Shown here piece after piece: positions 14,101 to 26,100 of a DNA stretch of 64,000 nucleotides (position 1 is the first letter of the stretch; each line of letters opens with the position of its first letter). Made by a program: the position numbers and the translations under genes. The stretch lies in assembly GCF_036971445.1 (NCBI RefSeq), contig NC_091482.1:60884001-60948000 (forward strand), in the 5' to 3' direction. The DNA is from Narcine bancroftii (Eukaryota). The notes beneath the pieces were generated by a model. The model saw only the letters and a program-made list of their open reading frames with translations, had not been told where the DNA came from and did no database searches.

Positions 14101-17100
14101 TGGAAACTTGACACTTACCTGTCCTCATTCCGGAACACAATCCACACTGCAGCAACTGCCACACAAAACATTCCAAGCAACAGCAACCGGATTTCGATTC
14201 TTCTGTTACAGCATGATACACTGAAACAAGATGAAAAGTATAATTGGCTACGGAGGCTGGAGAAAGGGGTGGGAACTCGCAGCCTAGAAAACTCTACCAA
14301 GAGCCAGAGCCCCACTCTCAGCTAAGTGAATTGGAGACAGAGACTGCAGGTGCTGGAGCCTGGAGTGTGAATGACCTGCTGAAGGATCCTAGTACATGCT
14401 GGAGATTGACTGCAAGATACTGCTCCACTGAACTCTGAACGCAGATATGGAGAACACAGTTCACTAAACCAGCTCACACGCAAAGTCCAAAACTTACTGA
14501 CAGGTGTACGAGGAGCACTGTCTGCACCACGCAGACGAAGAGGAACTCGCCACTTTGACCAATTAATTTTTGCATCATATATTGGGCAAAATTTAGCCAC
14601 TTTTTTCTTCCCCTCCTTTTTATCCTGAATACCTAACGTGGACAGCAGACAATGTTCACCAAGTCTTCTCGTCAACCTGTCACACCTTCTGCCCGTTCCC
14701 CTCTATGCAGGTGTAGAGAACAGCATCCACCCAGACAGGCTTGTGCAAGCAGAGGATCAAACTGAAAGAGGCTCTCAAGCCCCAGTTGATGCACCCTAGC
14801 TTCTGAAACAAGACAACTCACCTGCACTTGCAGTGTGGGATTCTTCGCACCAGTGTGGCCAAACAGTTGTAGAGACTTAATGCTGCAGCAACACTGAAGA
14901 TGGCAATCACCATGTACACTGAAGGAGACAAAGCAAGGTAAGTTTTCCCCACACTCCCATTCTATACAACGCTGCCTCCTTCAGTTGCTGAAGAAAACAC
15001 TATGGTTTTACATGCTCCCTCGCTCAGAAACATTTCTACCCGTGCCAAAAGTCTCATTAGGGCATCTACAGGCAGTTGATTCGAGGCCATGATAATGATT
15101 TAGTACCATCCCCAAATTACGATCATTTTGTGAGCAAGTGCCCACCTGGCCATGGGGTGAAGCTGCATGAATGAACAAGGGCTTCTCAACTCAACTACCG
15201 GTGGTGTGGTCACCAGTTCTTCACTTCTTTTTCAGTTATAAAAGAACTTTCAAACTTGCAGATCTGTTTCCTGGCTCTCGTAACCTCCCCCCCGCCCCAT
15301 CCCAGACATCATTTTATAAATGGAAACGTCCTCACCAAGCCACTCATAGAAGAAGTACAAGAGAACAATCATCACAGAGCAGATGGCGACGAAAAACAGA
15401 ACAGTGATTGGAGTCAAGATGGCCAAGGATTCTTCAGTCTTGGTCCTGCCCAAGGACTTTTCTCTGGATTCATGCACACTTTTGCTTTGCCCGCAAAAGA
15501 AAGATTTTAAAGAAAACTTAAGGAAAAAGTTTAATTCATGAAAGAAAATACACTCAACAAACCATAAAGAGCAGCAGAGTCCTGCCAGTGTACAGAGACA
15601 TGGGACGCGGCGTCACAGGAAGAAATTGAAACCAGAGGATTTGGAGGATGGCAAAACTCTCGCCCCTTGTTCAAGAAATGCAACAGGGAGAAACCTGGGA
15701 ATTATTGATCAGTGAGTCTCTCATCAGAGTCTGCACAAACTATTGGAAAGGACACTTAGAGACAGGGTTTAAGTTTAACTGGAGAAGCATAATCATATTT
15801 GGAGTAGTCAGCAGGCTGTAACCAGGCAAGTCCTGTCATATGAGCCCAATTCAAGCTTTTAGAGGAAAGACAAAAGAAATTAATGAAGGTTGGAGCAGTG
15901 GATGTGGAGTATATAGCATTTGACAATGCTTCCCATGGTAGGCTTAAGGGCAGCAGTAGATGGGACACATTCTGCCTGTAGGCCAGTGACTAGTGGAGTT
16001 CCTCAGGGACCTGTTCTGGGCCCCCTGCCTTGATTTTTCTAAATGACTTGGAGAGGTGGGGTCAGTCAATTTGCAGGTGACACAAAGTTGGAGGTGTTAC
16101 AGATAGCGTAGAATGTTGTCACAGGATGCAGAGTTGGGAGAAGTGGTAGTTTGAGCTCCATCCGGAAAAGTGTCAAGTAATGGAAGGTCAGACTTGAAGG
16201 TGGTAACATGAGGTTAATGGCAGGAATTTTAGCAGTGTGGAGGAAGAGGGATATTCAGGTCCAAGTCCACAGATCCTTTGAAGTTGCTGTGCAAGTTGAT
16301 TGGATGATTAAGAAGATGAATGATGTGCTGGTAGTTTTTTTTTTAAAATAATTTTTTATTTTTCACACTGTAAACCATAGCAACCAAAATACATACAAAC
16401 ATTTCCTTCTTAAATATACACAGTGTCATTTTCTCCCCTTTTTTTCCCTCCTATGTGCCGGCATTCTTTAGTCAGGGGATTAAGTTCAAGAGTCATGAGG
16501 TAATGTTTCAGCTCAATAAAACTATTTAGACCACACTTGGAATATTGTGTTCAGTTTTGATCATCTAACGCATTAGAGAGAGGGTGCACACAAGGTTTAT
16601 CAAGATGTCGAACAATGTGTCTTATAAGGAAAGATTGACCGAGCTAGGTCTTTAGAGCATCAGAGGACAAGGCGACTTAGAGGTGTATAAGATTGAGAGG
16701 TATACATAGAATGGGCAGCCAGCACCTTTTTCCCTGGGTAGAAAAAGCTAAGTGGAGGAAAGTTTTATGGGAGACATCAGAGGTGTTTTTAAAAAAAAAA
16801 CAGAATAGTGAATGCATTGCTGAGTGTGTGGTACAATAGTGTCATTCAAAAGACTTAGATAGGCACATGGATGTAAGAAAAATGGAGGGTTATATTGATG
16901 TGGAATAGGTTTATATAGGTCAGAACAACATGATGGGCCAGAGAGCCTGTACTGTTCTACATTGTACAGTGATGGAGGATTTCCAGTGACTGGTCAAAGT
17001 GTCAGGGCTCTCAACAGTTCAGACACCTACAGATCAGGTGGTGGGAAAAGAATCCACAATAAGACTAGAGAGGCAACCCTACCATCTGGTGGGAAACATT

Positions 17101-20100
17101 GAAATATTTAGACTCAAAACATGGACCCCTGCACTGCTTATTAGTCAGAATCTCATTCATAGAATAGAAAATATTAAAGTAAAACCAAAATGCTAGAGAA
17201 ACTCAGCTGGGCAAACAGTGTACTTTGTGTAGCAAAGATAAAGATACATCACCAACATTTTGGGCTTGAACCCTTCATCATGATTTGAGCAACAAGCAGG
17301 CAGGCATCCTGTTCAGGTGCCTGTCTACATTTTGCTCAAACCTTGATGAAGGGCTCAAGCCCAAAACATTGGTGATGTATCTTTATCTTTGCTACACAAA
17401 GTCCACTGTTTGATCAGCTGAGTTTCTAAAGAATTGTTCTTACTTCAACCATGGTGTCTACACAAAATATTGAACCCATGTTAATTTTAACATTAAAAAA
17501 TGCCAGGTTGTAAAAACTACACCACCACCTCCAATGTACCTTTCACCTTCTTCCATCGCACTCCAGTAACCTCCGAGTGCCACCGTCATAACAGCAATTG
17601 TGAAGATTATCAGGATGCTGTAGTCCATAGTGGGTAGGGGAGGGGAGTAGAGTTTGGCAGAAATGTTGGGCCCTAGTACCTGGAACCAAAAGTCACACCT
17701 GGTGAGCAGTGCAGCAAGAGATAGAAGTCCACAGTCAGTATCCTTCTCCAGTCACTGATCCAATTCTTACATGATCTAAGCATGGAATCTACCTTTAATA
17801 TCAGTATCACCCCAAGTACTCGAGCTGGCAGAGTCTGCAAGCATCGAATCCATGTTGCTGAAAACCCAACTGCGCTGGGTGGGTCACGTCTGCAGAATGG
17901 AGGACCATCGCCTTCCCAAGATCGTGTTCTATGGCGAGCTCTCCACTGGCCACAGGGACAGAGGTGCACCAAAGAAGAGGTACAAGGACTGCTTATAGAA
18001 ATCTCTTGGTGCCTGCCCCATTGACCACCGCCAGTGGGCTGATATCGCCTCTTGGCGCCTCACAGTTCGGCGGGCAGCAACCTCCTTTGAAGAAGACCGC
18101 AGAGCCCACCTCACTGACAAAAGGCAAAGGAGGAAAAACCCAACACCCAACCCACCAATTTTCCCCTGCAACCGTGTCTGCCTGTCCCGCGTCGGACTTG
18201 TCAGTCACCAACGAGCCTGCAGCAGACGTGGGCATACCCTTCCATAAATCTTCGTCCGCGAAGCCAAGCCAAAGTTTAAAAAGTAAGTAATCGTTTGGTG
18301 GGGTCCACGTTATTTTATTTCAAATTTATTGTCAGAGTGCAACTCAGATTATTTTTCCTCCGGGCACGACAATTACCACTTATTGGCAGTGTAAAAACAT
18401 CCACTCAACATACACATGTAAACAAATAAAGAAATATCAACAAATTGACTGTGCAATCCAGAGAGAATTTTTCAAAATTGACAGTGCATTAGAAGATAAT
18501 TCTGTATTTTCTGAAGCACTCGAAGAGCGTGCATTACACATGGATTCAGACTGGTGATCAAACTAAAGAGAAGCAGAATAAATGGATCATTGTCAGTTTT
18601 ACTAGTCGACGATGCCAAGGATCTGTCCTCAGTCATCACTTAATTATCATCTATATTAACAAGCTTGGAAGGGAGAATGCAAGATATCCAAGACCGCTGA
18701 TGGCATCAACAGGTTGGAGAGCACATTGCAAGAAGGATATTTGAACTGTGCAATCAAATTGGGTGGTCAAAATTTGGCAAACAGTTTAATGTTAATACAC
18801 TCATAAAAGGAGTTAAAAGGCAATAGAACGCTACCACACAGTACAGGCCCTTCAGCCATCAATGTTGAACTGACCCAAATATCCCTTAAAGATATTAAAA
18901 CCCTCCATACCCCGCAACCCTCTTTTTCTTCCATCCATGTGCTTTAGTCTAAGAGTCTCCTAAATGCCCCTAATGTTTCTGCCTCCACCACAATCCCTGG
19001 CAAGGCAGTCTAGGCACCCACCACTCTGCACTAAAAAAAAATCTTGCCCCTGACGTCTCCCCTAAACTTCCTCCCTTCACTTTGTACAGATGTCCTCTTG
19101 TGTTTGCTATTTCTGCATTAGAAAAAAGGCACTGGCTGTCCACCCTATCTATGCCACTCATAACCCTGTAGACCTCTTTTGAGTCTCCTCTCATCCTGCA
19201 CTCCAGAGAGAAAAGTCCCAGCTCCGCTAACTTTGCCTCATCAGACTTATTTTCCAATCCAGGCAACATCCTGGTAAACCTCCTCCATCCTTTCCATTCC
19301 TTCCACATTCTTCTCAAAATGAGGTGACCAGAATTGAACACAATGCTCCAAGTGTGGTCTCACCAGACATTTATAGAGCTGGAACATGACCTCTCAATCC
19401 CCCTATTAATGAAGCCCAACATCCCACAGACCTGCTTAACTATCTTATCAACCTCCATGACGACCATGAAGGATGTATAGATTTGGACCCCCAAAGTCCC
19501 TCTGTTCATCCACACTCTTAAGTAACTGACTATTAACCCAGTACTCAGCCTTCTGGTTTGTCCTTCCAAAATGCATCACCTCACACTTATCCAGATTGAA
19601 TTCTATCTGCCACTTTTCTGCCCAAATCTGCATCCCGTCTATGTTTTTGCAACCTACGACAACCTTTAGCATCATCCACAATTCATTCACCCTTCATATC
19701 ATCTGCAAACTTTCTGACCCATCCTTCCGCCTCTTCATCTAGGTCATTTATAAAAATCACAGAGCAAGGGTCCCAGAACAGATCCTTGTGGGACTCCATT
19801 AGTTTCCAGGCAAAATTTGTTCCTTCCACTAGTACTTTCTACCAATTTTTTTATCCACACAGCCAGATTCTATGGATCCCGTCCTCATGACTTTCTGAAA
19901 GAATCTCTCATGGAGGACCTTGTCAAATGCCTTACTAAAATCCATATAGACCATATCTACCCTACCCTCAACAATTTCTTTTGTTACCTCCTCAAAAAAC
20001 TCAATTAGGCTCATAGGACACGACCCTTCACAAAGCCATGCTGACTGTCCTCGAGAAGACTGTCCTCGAGAAGACTGTCCTCGAGAAGACTGTCCTCGAG

Positions 20101-23100
20101 AAGACTGTCCTCGAGAAGACTGTCCTCGAGAAGACTGTCCTCGAGAAGACTGTCCTCGAGAAGACTGTCCTCGAGAAGACTGTCCTCGAGAAGACTGTCC
20201 TCGAGAAGACTGTCCTCGAGAAGACTGTCCTCGAGAAGACTGTCCTCGAGAAGACTGTCCTCGAGAAGACTGTCCTCGAGAAGACTGTCCTCGAGAAGAC
20301 TGTCCTCGAGAAGACTGTCCTCGAGAAGACTGTCCTCGAGAAGACTGTCCTCGAGAAGACTGTCCTCGAGAAGACTGTCCTCGAGAAGACTGTCCTCGAG
20401 AAGACTGTCCTCGAGAAGACTGTCCTCGAGAAGACTGTCCTCGAGAAGACTGTCCTCGAGAAGACTGTCCTCGAGAAGACTGTCCTCGAGAAGACTGTCC
20501 TCGAGAAGACTGTCCTCGAGAAGACTGTCCTCGAGAAGACTGTCCTCGAGAAGACTGTCCTCGAGAAGACTGTCCTCGAGAAGACTGTCCTCGAGAAGAC
20601 TGTCCTCGAGAAGACTGTCCTCGAGAAGACTGTCCTCGAGAAGACTGTCCTCGAGAAGACTGTCCTCGAGAAGACTGTCCTCGAGAAGACTGTCCTCGAG
20701 AAGACTGTCCTCGAGAAGACTGTCCTCGAGAAGACTGTCCTCGAGAAGACTGTCCTCGAGAAGACTGTCCTTCTCCAATTGCTCACAGGACTTATGCTTA
20801 AGAATCTTCTCCAATAGTTTGCATATCACTGACTTAAGACTCACCAGTCAATAATTCCTGGATTCTCCCCATTATTTTTTTTTTAAAAATAAACATGGGG
20901 ACCACATTTGCCATTCTCCAAATCCTCCGGCACCTCCTTTGTGGCCAAATAGCCACTCCCCCAGCTATCTCTTCCCTCACTTCCCACAGCAACCTGGGGT
21001 ATATTGTATTTGGCCCCAGGAATTATCTTAACGTTTTAAGAAGATCCAGCACTTTCTCTTAATCTCAACGTGACCCATCACACAAGCCTGTTCTTTTGTG
21101 ACCTCATCCTAATCCAGGTCCTTTAATCTTGTGAATAATGAAGCAAAGTATTGATTTAGGTCCTCCCTAACCTCCTGGCACATGTTGCCTCCTTTATCCG
21201 TTAGCATCTGTATCCAATTTACCCTTGCTAGTTCCTGCCTTATCCCATCGTAATTATCCTTTCCCCAATTAAACAGTTTACCATTTTGTCCGCTTTTATC
21301 CTTATCCATAGCTATGCTAACAGGGAGTTGTGGTCACAATCCCCAAACTGCTCACCCACCAAGATGTCTGCCACCTGACCAGGTTCATTACCCAGAATTA
21401 GATCCAGTATGGCCACTCCACATACTGTGTCAGGAATCAGCCCCATCTATCCCTCTTGCAGTCAGGAGTGCCAGTAAATTTTAGGAAAGTTGAAGACTCC
21501 CATAACAACAACCCTGTATTTCCCAAACCAATCCTGCTTATTTGTTCCTCGGTTATCTGAGGGCTATTTGGGGCCCTGTAGACTACTCCTAGTACACTGA
21601 TTGCTCCCCTTCAATTTCTAACTTCCACCCACACCCCTCTCAATAGACACTCCCTCAGCAGCGACCTCCTTTTCTTTAGTGATACTATCCCTGACCAGTT
21701 ATGCTACTCCCCCCACTCTCTTACATCCCATCCTATTCCTTTTAAAACACCTAAATCTCAGCCAATCCTGCCCATCCTCCAGCCAAGTCTCTAACTGCCA
21801 CATCATAGTTCCATGTACTGATACATGCTCCAAGCTCATCCCATACACATAAAGAGGGACCCAGATAATATCATGCACAACATATTAGCATGCAGGTGCA
21901 GTACTAGAAATAGGGGGTGGCTGTTCAGCCCTTCGAGCCTGCTGTCATTTAATAAGATCACAGTCGATATGCTGTTAGTTTAAGCAACAAAAGGCAGGTT
22001 GGCCTTCACCCCAGGCAGTTAGAGTTTGCAAATAGGGAGATAATGTTACCGCTGGGCAGTGTTGGTGAGACGACACCTGGAACACAGGGCACAATTTTGG
22101 TCCCATAATTGAAGAAAGGATCTGCCTACAGAGGTAGTCCAAGAGATTTCCTGGGCTGATTCCTGGGGTAAGAGGGGTTCCACCACCAGGAGATTAAAAA
22201 TAAATTGAAACTATATTGTTTTGGAGTTTAGAATTTGGGAGAGTTGACCCCAAGGCAGCATGACAGGGTAGTTGCAAGGGAGAGTCCTTGTGATGTGGGG
22301 GGGGAAATACAGTGATTTAACTCTGAAGGGGGAAGGAGAGTGCCACAGAGGTAGTTAAGGCCTGGAGACATCAGGAACAACCTCACTGAATGGTAGGGCA
22401 GGCTCAATAAGCTTGAGGGAAGGAGAACTTTTCTGTGGAAAGACCAATTGGGATCTGGCAGTGCAGTCTCAGTGTATGATAGACAACAACTCCCCTCCAG
22501 AGCAGATGATTTTATAGAGCACCAGTTTGCTGTTCCTGTCTGTAAAAGCTGGATAATCCCCAGCCAGAGATCAGTCAGTTTAAACTTTACAATGTGTAGG
22601 TTAGTTTGGTTCAGTGCCATGATTTGAGTCATGCGGAACAACCCAGCCCAGCTGCACATCTAAAAGTGGAGGAAAGAGGAAATAACAGGGATCCATGCAA
22701 GAAGGAATTAAATTACCTTCTCCATGGACAGTACATCATCATAGCTAATTAAGGCCACTGGGATCTTCAGTTTGTCGTAGTCAGACTGATTACCTGAAGG
22801 AAGGGTCTGGAAACAGAATATCAATGAGCACAGTACTAGGAAACAGGTTCTGCACAAACCAAACAACAGTTAGTGGGAGTGATTACATACACAATCTGGA
22901 GATATTCCTCTCAAGGATCTTGCAAGGTATTTCCCACCTTAAATATTCACAGACATTACTCCATTCATGCCCACCATTTATCCCATACACTGATGAATAT
23001 TCATGTTCACAGTCAATGTATCCTCATTATACCAGGAAGATTCAACAGGACAAACTAAAAACACACCAAAATGGTGGAGGAACTCAGCTGGTTTATTCAG

Positions 23101-26100
23101 CATCTACAGGAGACAAAGATATACCACTGACGTCTTAGGATCAAAAAAGGCAGAGCAGGATCTATCAGAAAGTCTCAGAAAAGGCAGAAGCAGGATACAT
23201 ATCAGAAAGTCTCAGAATTCAAACAACGGGGGAGGAATCCAGACCAACAAAAAGTGTTACTTGGATGTCATATGGGAGTAGGTAGAATTTTATCATTTCT
23301 GATTCATAAAAGCCAATAAAACATAGTATTTTAGATAAAACAAAAGCAGTAATTTCAGGAAATAGCACCACAAAAAAAAAAGAAGAGTGGAGAAGTATTC
23401 AAATTCGGACTTACCAGATCACTTGTAGTTGCAATAACCAGTGCATTAGCAAGATTCTTCATAGCAATCCATGTCTGGTTCATGAGGGTACAGTTCCCCT
23501 TCTTCACAACCACAATCTTGTCCTCTATACCCCCAGGAGGTACATCTGATGAATCACAGAGGTCAGTGCTGGTCAGGTTTTGTAATGGGTACTCTGTCTG
23601 CAGAGAAAGAAACATCAACAAGGATGAGTGAGACATTCAAGGACGAGATGGAGACTTTAGATAGAAACAGATATTGGCTCTGATGTCACCTCACTGATTA
23701 TTCAAACCGGACACAGAACCAGGAGTGGGGGGAGAAAAAACAAGGACAATGATGCAGGTCTACCTGAGACATACATTGCGGTGCAATAGCCAACTGACAC
23801 CATCAAGGAGTCAGACAGCTATACAGCAACAAAATAGGCCCTTTGGCCCAATTTGTCTACACCAACCAGGTTGACATTTGAGCTAGTCCTATTTGCCTGC
23901 ATTTGGCCATACCCCTCTAAACCTCTTGTTCACGTACCTATCCAAATGCCTTTTGGAGTTTGTGACCATCATCACCTCTACCACTTCCTCTAGCAACTCA
24001 TTCCATATACTCACCACCCTCTGTAAAAGATTCCTTTCAAATCTTTCCCCTCTCCCCCATGCCTTCTAGTTTTGACTCCACTCCCAGAGGAAAAAAAGAC
24101 TGACTATCCATAACCATATTCTAGTGAAGTATCCCAGCTTTCCTTAGCATGCAAGCACTCAAGTCTTGGCATGATTGGTGTGAACCTTTTACCTTGCAGA
24201 CTTCATCTGCCATTCGCCAGCTGCCCAAGATCCTTGCTGCAATCCAAGCATCTAAAAGCCTGAATACACCTGGGATTGTCTAATCCCGGAAGCCAAGCAG
24301 GCACAGGATTGGGAGGGGAGACCACCTACAAACACCAGGTGATGTAGGTTTCTGTGAGGGGAGCTAGACAAAGTGGCGGGTCTCTGTCTGCCTTACGGTG
24401 GACAAAAGTTAAAGAATTCTCTGGTACACTCTAAATGTAGGGTCATCAGTAAATGCACCTTCTATTCTCATTCAGATCATTAATATGGTTGACAAATATC
24501 TAGCATTGTTCCCAGCAGCACAGCACAGGCCACAAGCTTCCAAACCTGCTCCACTTCCACCCTCTGTGTCCTGAATGCAAGAGTCAAAGTCCGCAGACAC
24601 TGTGAATGAAGTAAAAGCACAATGCTGGAGAAACTCTGCAGGTCAAACAGTGAAGCAAAGATAAAGATGCATAACAGACGTTTGGGCTTGAGAACCTCAT
24701 CAAGGTAAGGGCCAAGATGTCAAGTTCAGGCGCCCTGTACATTTCACTACCTTGAAGAGGGGCTCGGGCTCAAAAGGTTGGTTACGCACGGGGGGGGGGG
24801 AGGGGGGAGGCTGTCAGGTGCTCGCCAACTGATTGTCATCCCCTTAGCAGCCTCTTTCAGGCAGCTGCATTCAGGTGCCCGGGGTGGGGGGAACTTCAGT
24901 GCTCCGGCGATTATCCCTCCCGGAGGAGGGTAGCCTCCTGCTCTTTCAGGTCCCCTCCCGACTGCCGCACAAGAGTAGACTATGAAGCTTTACATCGAGG
25001 TGTTCTGGCCACCTGAAAGTGCCTAGAATCTACCCTTCCAGCGTTGAGTTTTACATTCTTGTTAGCCAGTTCCTGCGTGATGTGACCCAGACCAGGAGCA
25101 GGGTAAAGCAGCAGCCGCCCGTACTTACAGCGTTGGCGAGCGAGCCAGGCCACGGCATCCAGTCGGGGTTGAAGAAGACACAGTACTCCCTGACGGCCAG
25201 CCCACTGCCATTGGAAGAAGCGCGGAGGATGCCCTCCTGAGCCTCAGCCTAGACATGGACATCAAATCGTCAGAAGGAACCGAGAGTCTCGCGGGACAAG
25301 CTGACGGGGGGGGGGGGGGGGGGGGGGAAGAGAGAGAGGGACAAGCTGACGGGGGGGGGGGAGAGAGAGAGGGACAAGCTGACGGGGGGGGGGGGGAAGA
25401 GAGAGAGGGACAAGCTGACAGGGGGGGAGAGAGAGAGGGACAAGCTGACGGGGGGAAGAGAGAGAGGGACAAGCTGACGGGGGGGAAGAGAGAGAGGGAC
25501 AAGCTGACGGGGGGGGAAGAGAGAGAGGGACAAGCTGACGGGGGGGAAGAGAGAGAGGGACAAGCTGACGAGGGGGGGGAAGAGAGAGAGGGACAAGCTG
25601 ACGAGGGGGGGGGAGAGAGAGGGACAAGCTGACGGGGGGGGGAGAAGAGAGAGAGGGACAAGCTGACAGGGGGGGAAGAGAGAGAGGGACAAGCTGACGA
25701 GGGGGGGAAGAGAGAGAGGGACAAGCTGACGGGGGGGGGGGGGAAAGAGAGAGAGGGACAAGCTGACGAGGGGGGGGGGAAGAGAGAGAGAGAGGGGCCG
25801 GAACGAGGGGGGGGGAAAGAGAGAGAGGGGCCGGAACGAGGGGGGGGAAAGAGAGAGAGAGGGGCCGGAACGAGGGGGGGGGGGAGAGAGAGAGAGGGGC
25901 CGGAACGAGGGGGTGGGGAAAGAGAGAGAGAGAGAGAGGGGACGGAACGAGGGGGGGGGACGTCCGCGATGGAAAACGAGCAGGGACCACAGCCAGGCTG
26001 GAAGGGGGGGGGCGCGGATCACTCCCCTCGGAGAGCGGGGGCCCGGCCCTTCCTCAGCCACCTGCGACATGCCGAAGAGAAGCAGCAGCAGCAGGAGAAC

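Noticed and set aside
17545-17547. Alternative exon 5 donor G|gtgaaa
   Set aside because: Gives phase 1, which is incompatible with the available exon 6 acceptors
20011-20844. 250-280 aa ORFs (LLEDS, RTVFS, LEKTV repeats) or a CRISPR-like array
   Set aside because: Pure 15-bp tandem repeat with no spacers and no cas genes; the frames are open only because the unit has no stop codon
25125-26061. Long Pro/Ser-rich ORFs of 199-288 aa
   Set aside because: Translation of the intron 1 minisatellite; only the first 25 codons (exon 1) and exon 2 are supported as coding
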